A DNA stretch of 64,000 nucleotides from Euprymna scolopes (GCA_053919585.1 CM132828.1); one strand, 5' to 3'. Positions 1 through 12,712 are shown, numbered from the stretch's first letter. The notes: generated from the letters alone by a model not told the origin. Made by a program: numbers and translations.

Positions 1-612
1 GGACCTGCTAAGTCACAATGCACAAGTGAGAGAATTTTCGTAGCTTTTTTGTCTGGCATTAGTCTTATATCTTTTGTCATTTTCCCCTGTGCACACACAT
101 CACAATTTGGGAGATCGTCTGAAGGTATTATTTTCATGCTTTCGACTACATTTGGTAATTTTTTAATATCAGCTGTATTGCAGTGTCCTAGAATTTTATG
201 CCAGGTTTCCAAGTCGTGACAGGCAATTTTTGAGGGAACCATACTTTTTAAATAATATAGTTGGCCATTTTCTTTAATGTCAAATACAGTTTCATGGGGT
301 ATATCAATTTTGATGTATTTTGGCCAAATTGTATATTCGCACCTTGTTTAAGTGCCACCTGCACGGAAAATATGTCTTGCTTAAATGTAGGTATGAACAG
401 AGCATTTTTTAGAATACAGTTACAGATTTCGCCTTTATTATTTTTAGGGATATTTTAGCATCGCCTCTTTTCAAGACTATATCATTTATTTGACTACCGT
501 CGGCAAGTTTGAGAAAATGACTTTGAGGATTAAAATCAGATTCCTTGGTGATAACGTGCACTGTAGCACCACAGTCTACAAGGAGATTTTTACCGTATTT
601 AAAAGAAACAAC
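1..612 (-). mobile_element. Ty1/copia LTR retrotransposon pol fragment (protease, GAG-pre-integrase, start of integrase); runs off window start
   Basis: Minus strand reads NLLVDCGATVHVI (copia protease D-S/C-G-A), HDLETWHKILGHC (~181-220, GAG-pre-integrase WHxxLGH) and LSLVHCDLAGP (1-32, integrase HxDxxGP), in copia PR-IN order; frameshifted. Confidence 0.85.
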
Positions 613-670
613 ATGATTTAATAGATTGATTGAGATTGTCGGACTGACTTCCTCATCTTGGTTGTTGTTG

Positions 671-714
671 TCACAACGTTTTGGCCGTTTTGCCCTCCGG
701 CCTTCGTCAGGTGA
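671..714 (-). ncRNA. Second hammerhead copy with mutated core (GAAA to AAAA), probably inactive
   Basis: Reverse complement of 998-1041 except CGGCC-AAAAC in place of CGGCC-GAAAC. Confidence 0.7.
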
Positions 715-997
715 ACGATTTGTTAGGAGTCTCAAACCCAACCCTTTATTATTATTACGGGGGTACCGTGTTCGGACTCCAGCTAGGCTTTGGGACATAT
801 GGCCGAGTGGTCCTAGACGTTGTATCAAAGTTTACAGTTACCCAAAGGTGCTGACTTCAATCCTGAATGAAGGCAGTGAAAAAGTAACATTGAAAAACAG
901 AGAATCAGCAACTATGTCCCAAAGCCTAGCTGGAGTCCGAACACGGTACCCCCGTAATAATAATAAAGGGTTGGGTTCGAGACTCCTAACAAACCGT

Positions 998-1041
998 TCA
1001 CCTGACGAAGGCCGGAGGGCAAAACGGCCGAAACGTTGTGA
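998..1041 (+). ncRNA. Minimal type I hammerhead ribozyme (Penelope-type)
   Basis: TCAC-CTGACGA-A-GGCCG(GAGGGCAAAA)CGGCC-GAAAC-GTT-GTGA: stem I TCAC/GTGA, CUGANGA and GAAA core, 5-bp stem II, palindromic loopless stem III (AACGTT). Confidence 0.8.
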
Positions 1042-1150
1042 CAACAACAACCAAGATGAGGAAGTCAGTCCGACAATCTCAATCAATGAAAACAACTCAT
1101 CTAAAAAATACAGACAATTACTATGATTTAATAGAATTAAAATCCTCTAT

Positions 1151-2151
1151 AATAAAATTATTTTGTTCAATTTAAGATTCTATTCTAATATTTATTTTTT
1201 GTGAATTAAAATTTAAAACAGTGAAACTAACAGAATAGAATATAAAAAAAAATAAAATTATTTTGTTCAATTTAAGATTCTATTCTAATATTTATTTTTT
1301 GTGAATTAAAATTTAAAACAGTGAAACTAACAGGATAGAATATAAAAAAAAATAAAATTATTTTGTTCAATTTAAGATTCTATTCTAATATTTATTTTTT
1401 GTGAATTAAAATTTAAAACAGTGAAACTAACAGGATAGAATATAAAAAAAAATAAAATTATTTTGTTCAATTTAAGATTCTATTCTAATATTTATTTTTT
1501 GTAAATTAAAATTTAAAACAGTGAAACTAACAGAATAGAATATAAAAAAAAATAAAATTATTTTGTTCAATTTAAGATTCTATTCTAATATTTATTTTTT
1601 GTGAATTAAAATTTAAAACAGTGAAACTAACAGAATAGAATATAAAAAAAAATAAAATTATTTTGTTCAATTTAAGATTCTATTCTAATATTTATTTTTT
1701 GTGAATTAAAATTTAAAACAGTGAAACTAACAGGATAGAATATAAAAAAAATAAAATTATTTTGTTCAATTTAAGATTCTATTCTAATATTTATTTTTTG
1801 TGAATTAAAATTTAAAACAGTGAAACTAACAGGATAGAATATAAAAAAAAATAAAATTATTTTGTTCAATTTAAGATTCTATTCTAATATTTATTTTTTG
1901 TGAATTAAAATTTAAAACAGTGAAACTAACAGGATAGAATATAAAAAAAAATAAAATTATTTTGTTCAATTTAAGATTCTATTCTAATATTTATTTTTTG
2001 TGAATTAAAATTTAAAACAGTGAAACTAACAGAATAGAATATAAAAAAAAATAAAATTATTTTGTTCAATTTAAGATTCTATTCTAATATTTATTTTTTG
2101 TAAATTAAAATTTAAAACAGTGAAACTAACAGAATAGAATATAAAAAAAAA
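1151..2151. repeat. Near-perfect 100-bp tandem repeat, 10 copies
   Basis: Unit AATAAAATTATTTTGTTCAATTTAAGATTC...CAG(A/G)ATAGAATATAAAAAAAA restarts every ~100 bp (1151, 1251 ... 2050). Confidence 0.97.
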
Positions 2152-2271
2152 CTCCTCCATCATTTATTTTATTGAATGTTAGATTGAATTGAAGTTTTAA
2201 AAATAATAAATAAATCATTAAATCAATTTACAGCACCTTATTATAACTTCAATATAAAACACAACAATTTA

Positions 2272-3177
2272 TCTATATATCTATAAAAGTGAAAGTCTGT
2301 GTGTGTGTGTGTGCGTGCGTGCGTGTCTCTCTGTTTACATTTCCCTACACAATAACTCTGTCAATTTTCAGTTTACAGACTCGAAATTTGATATACAGGG
2401 TATGGAGATTTGGAAGAATCTTGGTAATCCGTTTTAGGCTAAAAATTTGGCTGTTAAGGGATCAAAGTTCAACGATTTGACCTTTGAGAACTCTATCAAA
2501 CTTCTCTGCCAATTTTGGGTATAAACAATGGAAATTTTAGATATAGGTTCCTTGGACATGGATCTAACTTAATAACTTGATTTGAGCCCAAAACAATAAA
2601 TATTAAAGGGTCATAATAGGGGTCAAAGTAAAAAAAAAAATTGACCTCTGCAGTCTCTACCAAACTACTAAAGACACTTTCTGGTCTAAACATTTGAAAT
2701 TTGACATAAAGGGTATTCAGAGATAGGGCAAGCTTTTTAATCGGTTTGGGTCGAAAATTTGAGCTACCAATATATAAATGTACGTATGTATGTTTGCATG
2801 TCTACCTAAAACTTTCGACAGAGGCGACAGATTTTCACAAGATCAGAATCGTTTTGAAGCTTGACCCTTCAGACGACAAATACCGAAAAATTGGCTAGAA
2901 ACATTAATTTCTTCACCCTCAACTGGGCATTTTTCTACAGAGAGGGGTCGCTTTTTTCACCGATATTTTCGAAAGTCATTCCCTCTTTTCCATTGTCTAG
3001 CCTTAACTTAAACCTACATCACTTCCGGTTTGGCGGCGGTCCTAACAGCAAAGACGTCATGTTTTTTTCCTGTTCTTTTCCTCCTTCGCGGTATGGGTTC
3101 GAGCCTGCCTTCCTACTACCACTTTTTTTTTTTTTTGCTCAACACACACCTCCAAACACCCAAACAACCCATGCTAG
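2272..3177 (+). mobile_element. Non-autonomous Helitron inserted in satellite
   Basis: A|TCTATATAT start, (GT)n near the 5' end, ends CTAG|T; 2770-3177 is homologous to 16860-17228. Confidence 0.7.
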
Positions 3178-3184
3178 TATCTAA

Positions 3185-6100
3185 ATAAAACAGTACAACA
3201 TTAAATCAAATGAATCAGACAGGATTTTTACTGTTAAAAAATCAGTTTAAAACACCTTATTATAACTTCTAATATAACTTCACTATAAAACACAAAATCG
3301 TAATAGAATTTAACATTGAATTAAATAAATCAAATAGGCTTTTTATCATATTTTATCATGTTTGTTTTACTGTTTAAAAATCAATTTACAACAACTTATG
3401 ACTTCAATATAACTTCAATATAAAACACGACCATATCATAATAGAATTTAACATTGACTCAAATAAATTAGAAATGATTTTTATAATCTTCAATCATGTT
3501 TATTTTACTGTTTAAAAATTAATTTACAACACCTTATTATAACTAAAATATAACTTCAATATAAAACAATATCAGAATAGAATTTAACATTGAATCAAAT
3601 AAATTACTAATTATTTTTATCATATTTAATCATGTTTGTTTTTCTATTTAAAAATCAGTTTACAACACGTTATTATAACTTAAATATATCTTCAATATAA
3701 AACACAATATCTTAAAGAATTTAACATTGAATCAAATGAATTTACAAATTATTTTTATCAAGTTTAATCATGCTTTTTACTGTTTAAAACTCAATTAAAA
3801 CACCTTATTATAACTTCAATATAACTTACAATATAAAACATAACAATATCAGAATAGAATTTTTATGTTTGATTTATTGTTCATAAGCCAATTTAAACAC
3901 CTTATTATAACTTCAAAATAAAACACTAAAATATGAGAATAGAATTTTACATTGAATCAAATAAATCGGAGAAATTTTTATCTTATTTAATCATATATAT
4001 TTTACTGTTAAAATGAATTTACAACACCTTAATATAACTTCGATGTAAAACACAGCCATATCAGAATGCAATTAAACATTGAATTAAATAAATCAGAAAT
4101 TATGTTTATCAGATTAAATAATGTTTGTTTTACTATTAAAAAGCTAATTTACAACACTCAATGCATAACACCTTATTATAATTCAATATAACTTCAGTAT
4201 AAAACAATTTAACATTGAATCAAATGAATCAGAGAAATTTTTATCATATTTAATTATGTATATTTTACTGTTAAAAATAAATTTACAACACCTTATTTCA
4301 ATATAACTTCAATATAAAACATACACAAAATCATAATAGAATTTAACATTGAATCACATAAATCAAAAAATGCATTTATAATATTTAATCATGTTTGTTG
4401 TTTAAAAATCTATTTATAACACCTCATTATAACTTCAATATAACTTTAATATAAAACACAACAATATGAAAATAGAATTTTACATTGAATCACATAAATA
4501 AAAAAATGCATTTATAATATTTAATCATGTTTGTTTTACTGTTTAAAAATCTATTTATAACACCTCATTATAACTTCATTTTTTTTTATTTATGTGATAC
4601 AATGTTAAATTCTATTTTGATATTGTTGTGTTTTATATTAAAGTTATATTGAAGTTATAATAAATAGATTTTTAAACAACAAACATGATTAAATATTATA
4701 AATGCATTTTTTGATTTATGTGATTCAATGTTAAATTCTATTATGATTTTGTTGTGTTTTATATTGAAGTTATATTGAAATAAGGTGTTGTAAATTTATT
4801 TTTAACAGTAAAATATACATAATTAAATATGATAAAAATTTCTCTGATTCAATTGATTCAATCTTAAATTGTTTTATACTGAAGTTATATTGAATTATAA
4901 TAAGTTGTTGTGCATTGAGTGTTGTAAATTAGCTTTTTTATAGTAAAACAAACATTATTTAATCTGATAAATATAATTTCTGATTTATTTAATTCAATGT
5001 TAAATTGCATTCTGATATGGCTGTGTTTTACATCGAAGTTATATTAAGGTGATGTAAATTCATTTTAACAGTAAAATATATATGATTAAATATGATAAAA
5101 ATTTCTCCGATTTATTTGATTCAATGTAAAATTCTATTCTCATATTTTAGTGTTTTATTTTGAAGTTATAATAAGGTGTTTAAATTGGCTTATGAACAAT
5201 AAATCAAACATAAAAATTCTATTCTGATATTGTTATGTTTTATATTGTAAGTTATATTGAAGTTATAATAAGGTGTTTTAATTGAGTTTTAAACAGTAAA
5301 AAACATGATTAAACTTGATAAAAATAATTTGTAAATTCATTGGATTCAATGTTTAATTCTTTATGATATTATTGTGTTTTATATTAAAGTTATATTGAAG
5401 TTATAATGAGGTGTTATAAATAGATTTTTAAACAGTAAGACAAACATTATTAAATATTATAAATGCAATATAACTTCAATATAACTTTAATATAAAACAC
5501 AACAATATCATAATAGAATTTAACATTGACTCAAATAAATACATGTTTTATCATATTTAATCATGTTTGTTTTACTGTTTAAAAATCTATTTACATTACC
5601 TCATTATAACTTCAATATGACTCCAATACACAGCAATATCATAATAGAAGTTAACATTGGATCAAATAAACTAGATAGATGTATTTTCATATTAAATCAT
5701 ATATGTTACAATCAAGTTACAATACCTTAATATAACTTCAATATAAAGTCAATATAAAGCACCAAAATATCAGAATATAATTTTACATTGAATTAAATAA
5801 ATATAACTTCAATATAAAACACGACAATATCAGAATAAAATTTAACGTTGAATCGAATAAATCAAAGAGGATTTTTTATCGTATTTAATCATGTTTGTTT
5901 AAAAATCAGTTGACAACACGTTATTATAACTTGAATATAACTTCAATATAAAACATAACAATATCATAGAATTTAACATTGAATCAAATGAATCAGGGAA
6001 ATTTTTTATCACATTCAATCATGTATATTTTACTGTTTAAAAATCAATTTACAACATCTTATTTCAATTTCAACATTTCAATATTAAACACAAAAATGTC

Positions 6101-6366
6101 AAAATAGAATTTAACATTGAATCAAATAAATTAGAAATGATTTTTATATTCTTCAATCATGTTTGTTTTACTGTTAAAAATCAATTTACAGCACCTTATT
6201 ATAACTAAAATATAACTTCAATATAAAACAATATCAGTAAAAGAATTTAACATTGAATCAAATAAATTAGAAATTATTTTTATTGTATTTAGTCATGTTT
6301 GTTTTACTGTTTAACAATCAGTTTACAACATCTTATTATAACTAAAATATAACTTGTATATAAAAC
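3185..6366. repeat. AT-rich diverged satellite, ~135-bp monomer
   Basis: ATAGAATTTAACATTGAATCAAAT...CACCTTATTATAACTTCAATATAAAAC recurs at ~135-140-bp spacing; 4577-5467 is in reverse orientation. Confidence 0.92.
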
Positions 6367-9300
6367 TGTGGTGAAAATTGTGGAAACGTAGGCTTACCTC
6401 TTAAATGGCCTCGGTGTGCGCTTTACTGACGCAGCATCATGATGCTGAAAAGGGTCTAACATGGCGCCTGCAGGCTTATATTACAATGTGTTCTCGCAGA
6501 ATCTCGTGTGCTCTCGTGCACATATGCAAATATATAAAAACAGGTCACTGGAGCAGATGGGACAGATGTGAAAACGAGTCTAAAGAAAGTACCGACGGAC
6601 GACACTGTTGCAGTGAGCTGAGGTTTTGTGTACTCTCTTTTTTTCTTTGCAACAACAAGCTATTTCGGCATACATTTTTTACCATGGACAGACTTGATCT
6701 GAAGCTGATACCCGAATTTGACGGGTCCCTGGCTGGTCTTTCGATGGTTGAATGGCTGGAGAAGACCGAGCGCATTTGCCAGTTGTGCAAAATTAAGGAT
6801 CCAGCTATGGTCATCCCATTGAGGCTCACTAAGGGGGCTTATGCCATGTACCAGTAGCTTGGGGATGAGGCAACAATTGATAATTGCTAGCTGGTTCCAT
6901 ACCCAGAGAATGAGTTCTGGTCACCAAAGGGGCTGATTCCCCTGATGGCCGTCAGGCAAGAGAATAAACATAAGGTCTGACCCATCATGAATTACCGGTA
7001 ACTCAATGAACACGTCGACCACACATGGTGGGGGCTTACGTCTGCGCACATAAGCTGAGAGAGTGGTGGCAGCAGGAGGGGCGTACACAGCAATCCTGGA
7101 CCTGCGAAGAGTCTACTTGCAGATACACGTTGAAAAATCGCTGTGGCCGTTCCAGACGGTCAAGATCAAAGGGACTCGTTATTGTTTGACCAGGCTGGGG
7201 TTCGGCCTGAATGTGACCCTGAACATTATGACAGCGATTATGCAGGTGATCCGGCATCAGGATGAATGCGTGCAACAGGCAACGTCGTCGTATATCGACA
7301 ACATTTTTGTGAACGAGAGCCTCATGTCTGCCCAGGCTGTAAAAGAACACTTTGAGAGATTCGGACTGTCGTGTAAGGAGCCAGAGTGCCTGTAAGATGG
7401 AGCGAAAATTCTTGGCTTCTGGGGAAGAGGTGGTGACATCCCGGAAGATTCCATCCAACATCACACCTCAGAGCATTTTTTCCGTTTGCGGAAAACTGGT
7501 GGGCCACTTCCCCATGTGTGGGTGGCGGTGGCGGCCATAAAGCGACGTGCAACGTGCGACTTCCATGTCAACGGGATGGAATGATGAGGTGCACGATCTC
7601 ACCCTGAGAAGCATGCTGGTGGAAGCTGTGGCCAGAGTGACTGAGGACAACCCCGTGCGAGGGATCTCATGCTTCAACAGGAGCGAGTTTATAGTTTGGG
7701 TGGACGTCAGCTCACTCGCCTTTGACGTTGCTCTGGCAGTGGACAGATTTATCGTAAAAGATGACTGCTGGATTCGGCCAGAAAATGATGCTGGTCACAT
7801 AAACATGGCTAAGCTTGATGCTACACTCAAAGGGGTAAATCTGGCACTTCAGTGGCAGGCCAGAGTGCTACACATCGTCACAGACTCTACATGCGTGCAT
7901 CGGTGGATATCCGATGCCTTGAGTGAGAAAGCACGGTTGACAACGAAGGCATCGGCTGAAATGCTAATACAGAGATGACTTGCTACCCTGACCGAGATCA
8001 TCAAGGAATTCAACCTGGCTGTAGATGTGACACTGGTGCAGTCCTGTCAGAATCACACGGATCGCCTGACCAGAGTGCCATGCCATTGGCTGGGCCTGCC
8101 GAAAGAAGTGGACGAACCAGCACCTGTGAATTGCGCCGTGGTGGGGTGTTGGCTTAGCCTGGACCGTGTTGCCAAAGCGGGCACCCCTGTGTAAACCGAA
8201 CCCTTTACTTTGCCAGGCTGGTCGACCCCTATGTGTTAAAGAGGGACGTGAAATCTGTTGTGAGGAGCTGCAAAACCTGTCGGTCGATCAACCCAGCACT
8301 CGTTCAGTGGAATAAGGGAAAACTGAGTTTGAGAGGAAATTGGAACAGGCTCACAATGGACATAACTCACCACAATGGCGGGCATTTTTTGCCGCTCATC
8401 GATTGCGCACCGTCTAGATTTGGATTGTGACAGCCCCTTTGCTGGCAGGACTCGGCCGCCGTTGTCCGTGAGCTGGAAAGTATCTTGTTGAAATACTGAT
8501 CGACAATGGCACCGCCTTTGTTAGCGAGCAGTTCAAACAGTTTGCAAACAGCTGGGGTATACGTCTGCGATTTTGGTGCGCCGATATGCCTAGCGAGAAG
8601 GGAATTGTTGAGAGAAACCACAGGACCATCAAAACCATCACAGCTAGGAAGGGGTGTATGGTGCCTGAGGCTGTCTACTGGTATTATGTCACCCCTAAGG
8701 ACAACATTTCACCCTCCGCCGTGCCAGCCGAAGCACTGCACAGGTACCACGTCAGGGTGAGAGGCATGGAGACCAGCCCACTGCCTGAGCTGGAGGCGAT
8801 GAGAGAGAGTTTCTAAGAGGGGGATGTCGTCTGGGTTAGAACCCCCTGCCAAGTGCACTACATGCTACGGAACCGAGCGTATTACTGAGGTGATCAGCCC
8901 GCAATCGGTGCGGGTCGAAGGGGTGCCTCGTCACATTAAGGATCTTCGATCGATATCACAAGTGCAGCCACCACTAAGTGATGAGAGCGAGACTGGATCC
9001 GAGATCAGTGAACCATCATTCTGAGTTATGCCGACTTCGTCGGACAGTGACCCTAAGATTAGCAGCTTTAGGTTCACGAACCTGAAACCGAGGACGAAAG
9101 CACAAGCGAGGACGAAGCCCTCGGTTTCCCTCTCCGAATAAGCGCTCGAAGAAAAAGGCCACTGTGTCCCTGCCCTCTCTGTGATGATGATATCAGGGGG
9201 AAGTGTGGCGAAAATTGTGAGAACGCAGGCTTAAACGGCCTCAGTGTGCGCTTTGCGAACGCAGCGTTATGATGCTGAAAAGGGTCCAACATGGCGCCTG

Positions 9301-9507
9301 CATACATGTAATATACAATGCAATCTCGCAGAATCTTCTGTGCTCTCGCACACATATGCAAATTTGCAGGACTCTGTCTTTTATAAAAACAGGTCACTGG
9401 AGCAGATGGGACAGACGTGAAAACGAGTCTACGGAAAGTACCGAGGGACGACGCTGTTGCAGTGAGCTGAGGTTTTGTGTACTCTTTTTTTTTTCTTTGC
9501 AACAACA
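6367..9507 (+). mobile_element. Degenerate Ty3/gypsy LTR retrotransposon with both LTRs, internal deletion in gag/protease
   Basis: LTRs 6367-6657 and 9204-9507 (TG...CA), 5-bp TSD AAAAC (6362-6366, 9508-9512), polypurine tract AGGGGGAAG before the 3' LTR; RT-RH-IN order. Confidence 0.93.
6684..9070 (+). pseudogene. Disrupted gag-pol of the gypsy element
   Basis: gag-like MDRLDLKLIPEFDG; RT ILDLRRVYLQI / RLGFGLNV / YIDNI; RNase H VWVDVSS, HINMAKLDA, VTDS; integrase CKTC, MDITH, GIVERNHRTIK; many stops and frameshifts. Confidence 0.88.
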
Positions 9508-10580
9508 AAAACACAATATCAGTAAAAGAATTTAACATTGAATCAATTGAATCAGGGAAATTTTTTATCACATTTAATCATGTATATTTTACTGTTAAAA
9601 ATCAATTTACAACACCTTATTTCAATTTTAATATAACTTCAATATTAAACACAAAAATGTCAGAATAGAATTTAACATTGAATCAAATAAATTGGACAGG
9701 ATTTTTATAACCTTCAATCATGTTTGTTTTACTGTTTAACAATCAATTTACAATGCATTTTTATAACCTCAATGTAACTTTAATATAAAACACAAGAATA
9801 TCATAATGGAATTAACATTGAATCATGTTTGTTGTACTGTTTAAAATTCAATTAAAACACCTTACTATAACTTAAATATAAAACACAACAATATCAGAAT
9901 AGAATTTAACATTGAATCAAATAAATCAAAGAGGGTTTTTTTTATTATCGTAAATCATGTTTGTTTTACTGTTAAAAACTTCAATGTACAACACTTTATT
10001 ATAACTTAACACTTTAATTCACAACACCTGAATATCAGAATTCAATCTAACTCTGTATAAATTAAAATAAATCTAACAGGACATTTATTAAATTTAATCA
10101 TGTATTTTTTACTGTTGAAAACTTTAAAGTGTAACACTTTAATATCAGAATTGAACCTAACATTAAATAAAATAAATTAAAAGGATTTTCATCACATTGA
10201 ATCATGGTTGTTTTCAGGTTAAACTTCTATTCAAAACACATAAATATCAGAATTGAATGTCATATTGCATAATGAAAATGAATCAAAAACCATTTTTATT
10301 ATATTCAACCATGTTTTTTTTCAAATCAAAGAGGATATTTTTCATATTTAATCATGTTTTACTGTTTAAAACTTTTATTTATAACACCTAAATATCAGAA
10401 TAGAATCTAACATTGAATAAAATAAATCAAAATGAAATTTTTATCACATTCAATCTTGTTTTTTTTTTAACGTCTAAAACTTCAATTTACAACACCTTAA
10501 TATCAGACTAGAATCTAACAGTTTACTGTTTAAAACTGCAATTTACTGCACGTAAATATCAAAATTAAATATCAGAATAT
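9508..10580. repeat. Continuation of the AT-rich satellite (more diverged, some ~105-bp monomers)
   Basis: Same AATATCAGAATAGAATTTAACATTGAATC / AATCATGTTTGTTTTACTGTTTAAAA motifs; resumes in register after the gypsy TSD. Confidence 0.88.
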
Positions 10581-11048
10581 CTTGCTTCTGGACAGAGTTC
10601 AAAAGAGTCCTCAACCTGATAGCTCCTGAACTTCATCTAGCCTTCAACCTCTGTCCCATCAACTAAATGTTGCATCCCTTTGCCTATTCTTCAAGTATTT
10701 TGATGGTGGATGCTTTGATGAACTACAAACCCTTGTACCCCTCAACGTAAATACCCGACAAGCAGCAAAATCCCACCCCTACACAGTAGAGATCCCTAGA
10801 TGTAAGAAAGCCTTCTACTCCAGTAGTTTCTTCCTCAGAACTGCTAGACTTTCGAACTCCCTTCCGGTTTCCTGCTTTCCCAACTGTACTGACATGCAGA
10901 AGTTCAAGTGTAATGTGAACAGACATCTTGCTTCTCAACTCCCTACATAGAATCCCTGCAACTTATGTCCCAGACACTAGCCCCCTACATCAAAATGGCA
11001 CTGTGCCTTGTTTGGGGTGAAAATGGAATAGAACATCAAAAACAAAAA
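10581..11048 (+). mobile_element. 5'-truncated 3' end of the CR1/L2-group LINE family found at 51840-55580
   Basis: Co-linear with 55110-55580 (CCCAGATGTAA, TTCTACTCCAGTAGTTTCTTCC, CCCTACATAG, GTGCCTTGT...GGTGAAAATG, A-rich tail). Confidence 0.88.
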
Positions 11049-11132
11049 GTATTAAAAAATTTAGAACTTATTAAATTGCCAAAAATGGTGCTATATCTAT
11101 ATATATCTATATATATATATATACATAGGTAT

Positions 11133-11415
11133 GTATACAGCATAATTGCATTGACATACCGGTTCTCGTCAGATCACTGAAGTTAAGCAATGGCGAGCCT
11201 GGTTAGTACCAGATGGGTGATCATTTGGGAATAGGCAGTTTATGTGCTCTCCGCTTATCTTGGCATTTGTTTCTAGTCGTCTTGTATATTCACTTGCCAC
11301 TCGTATTTAACAATGTCGGCTCAGGAGAGTCAATAATAAGACTTTCCAATAAGACTTTCATGCGCAGGCACCCCTTCATGGGTAACCATAGTCTGTCAAA
11401 GACTGAGGGCGTCCT
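11133..11415 (+). mobile_element. 5S rRNA-derived SINE (SINE3-type) with 11-bp TSD
   Basis: 11133-11248 is a decayed 5S rRNA (CCGGTTCTCGTCAGATCACTGAAGTTAAGCAA...GGTTAGTAC...GATGGGTGA...TGGGAATA) fused to a ~165-bp non-5S body; TACATAGGTAT at 11122-11132 and 11416-11426. Confidence 0.85.
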
Positions 11416-11689
11416 TACATAGGTATATCTGTACTTGTAGCCAAACTAAATGTTGAAATGCTCCTATCTTTGGTTCTATTCAGACGAAACTACAAAAAAG
11501 TTTGCAGGTTTTTTGAAGATTATTATACTATTCTATGGTTTAAATTTTATGACAATTGGTAAAAAGAACCTATATTTTCAAACCAATAAAATATTCCCAA
11601 ATTTGGCTACATTTGTATATATAGTGTGCTGGCAGGCAGCTTCAATTTTGGTGCTTTGGTTGTCGCCCCTGTGGCCTTGCCAGGCAATC

Positions 11690-12021
11690 CCCAAAACCTC
11701 TGACCTTGATGGAGGGGAGACTAAAACTAGCTGCTATGGTTTCAAATGATCTGAAATAACAGCAGGGGAGACTTGATTCCAAATATTTTCTCAAATGTTA
11801 TCTCTCCCCTCTTTATGTTTCATACATAAAGGGAATTTCATAGTGTAGAAGGATATTTTGATACTGGAGATATTCATAATCGTACCCTATTTCCAAAAGA
11901 GGAGACATATCACATATGAGAAATATTTGGAATCAAGTCTCCCCTTGCTTTTATTTCAGATCATTTGAAACCATAGAAGCAGTTTTTAGTTTCTCCTCTA
12001 TAAAGGTCAGATGTTTTAGGG
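11690..12021. mobile_element. MITE-like inverted-repeat element (~125-bp arms)
   Basis: CTATGGTTTCAAATGATCTGAAATAA...GGGGAGACTTGATTCCAAATATTT mirrored by AAATATTTGGAATCAAGTCTCCCC...TTATTTCAGATCATTTGAAACCATAG. Confidence 0.7.
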
Positions 12022-12199
12022 AAATATCAGATATTTTGTAATTCATATGCAAAATTAGGAAAACAAATGACTATGATTTAAACGTTGGTAAAGGTGAAGT
12101 ATCTTTCTACCCACAAAAAATCCTTTAAAATTATCACGATTTTAGGTTTTTGAAAGTGATGAAAAAGAAAATAACAGGTAAAATCACAGGAAAGAAATT

Positions 12200-12712
12200 A
12201 TAGTTTTTAAAAAGTGGGGGATCACTTTTCTATATTAATTTTTGATAAAATGAACACAATTTAGAAACCTCTTTGTGGCAGGGGAGCATCTGTTATTTCT
12301 TTTAGGAGTTGTGGTTATTCGGTAATTTTCGCATGGTAGACCAACAAAAAACCTACCTTAAACTTGTTTCCATAGGTTTTTGGATGTGCTAAAAACGAAT
12401 ATTGCATTAAAATGTTCTACAAATAAGTATTTTTTTGTGTATTAAGCAATGTAATTCTTTATGTTATAAGTGGTGGCCATTGGTGTATGCTTATTTGCAG
12501 AAAATTAAAATGCAATATTCGTTTTTAACATGCCCGAAAACCTATAGAAAGCAAGTTTTTTAAGGTAGTTTTTTTTGTTGGTCTACCAGGCCACAATAAA
12601 CATCACCCCCTAAAAAAGAATAGCAGACACCCCTAAAAGATGGCCATTAAGTGGGTGTTCCATTTGCGCAAAATTAATATAAAAAAGTTATCCCACATGT
12701 TTTGAAACAATA
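12200..12712. mobile_element. Diverged foldback/MITE (~230-bp arms)
   Basis: TGGTAGACCAACAAAAAA...AAAAACGAATATTGCATT (12334-12408) mirrored by AATGCAATATTCGTTTTT...TTTTTTGTTGGTCTACCA (12509-12588). Confidence 0.65.

Larger units (their letters stand above)
626..1122. mobile_element. Penelope-like element remnant with inverted pseudo-LTRs
   Basis: 175-bp inverted arms 625-799 and 913-1087, each containing a hammerhead motif; flanked by direct repeat ATGATTTAATAGA (613-625 and 1123-1135), read as a TSD. Confidence 0.8.

Noticed and set aside
409-1126. Overlapping ORFs with duplicated peptide sequences
   Set aside because: Artefacts of the inverted repeat; only the copia protease part is meaningful.
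1151-2151. CRISPR array
   Set aside because: Head-to-tail identical units with no unique spacers; eukaryotic context; no cas genes.
11133-11248. Functional 5S rRNA gene
   Set aside because: Many substitutions, poor terminal helix, no T-run terminator; fused to a SINE body and flanked by a TSD.
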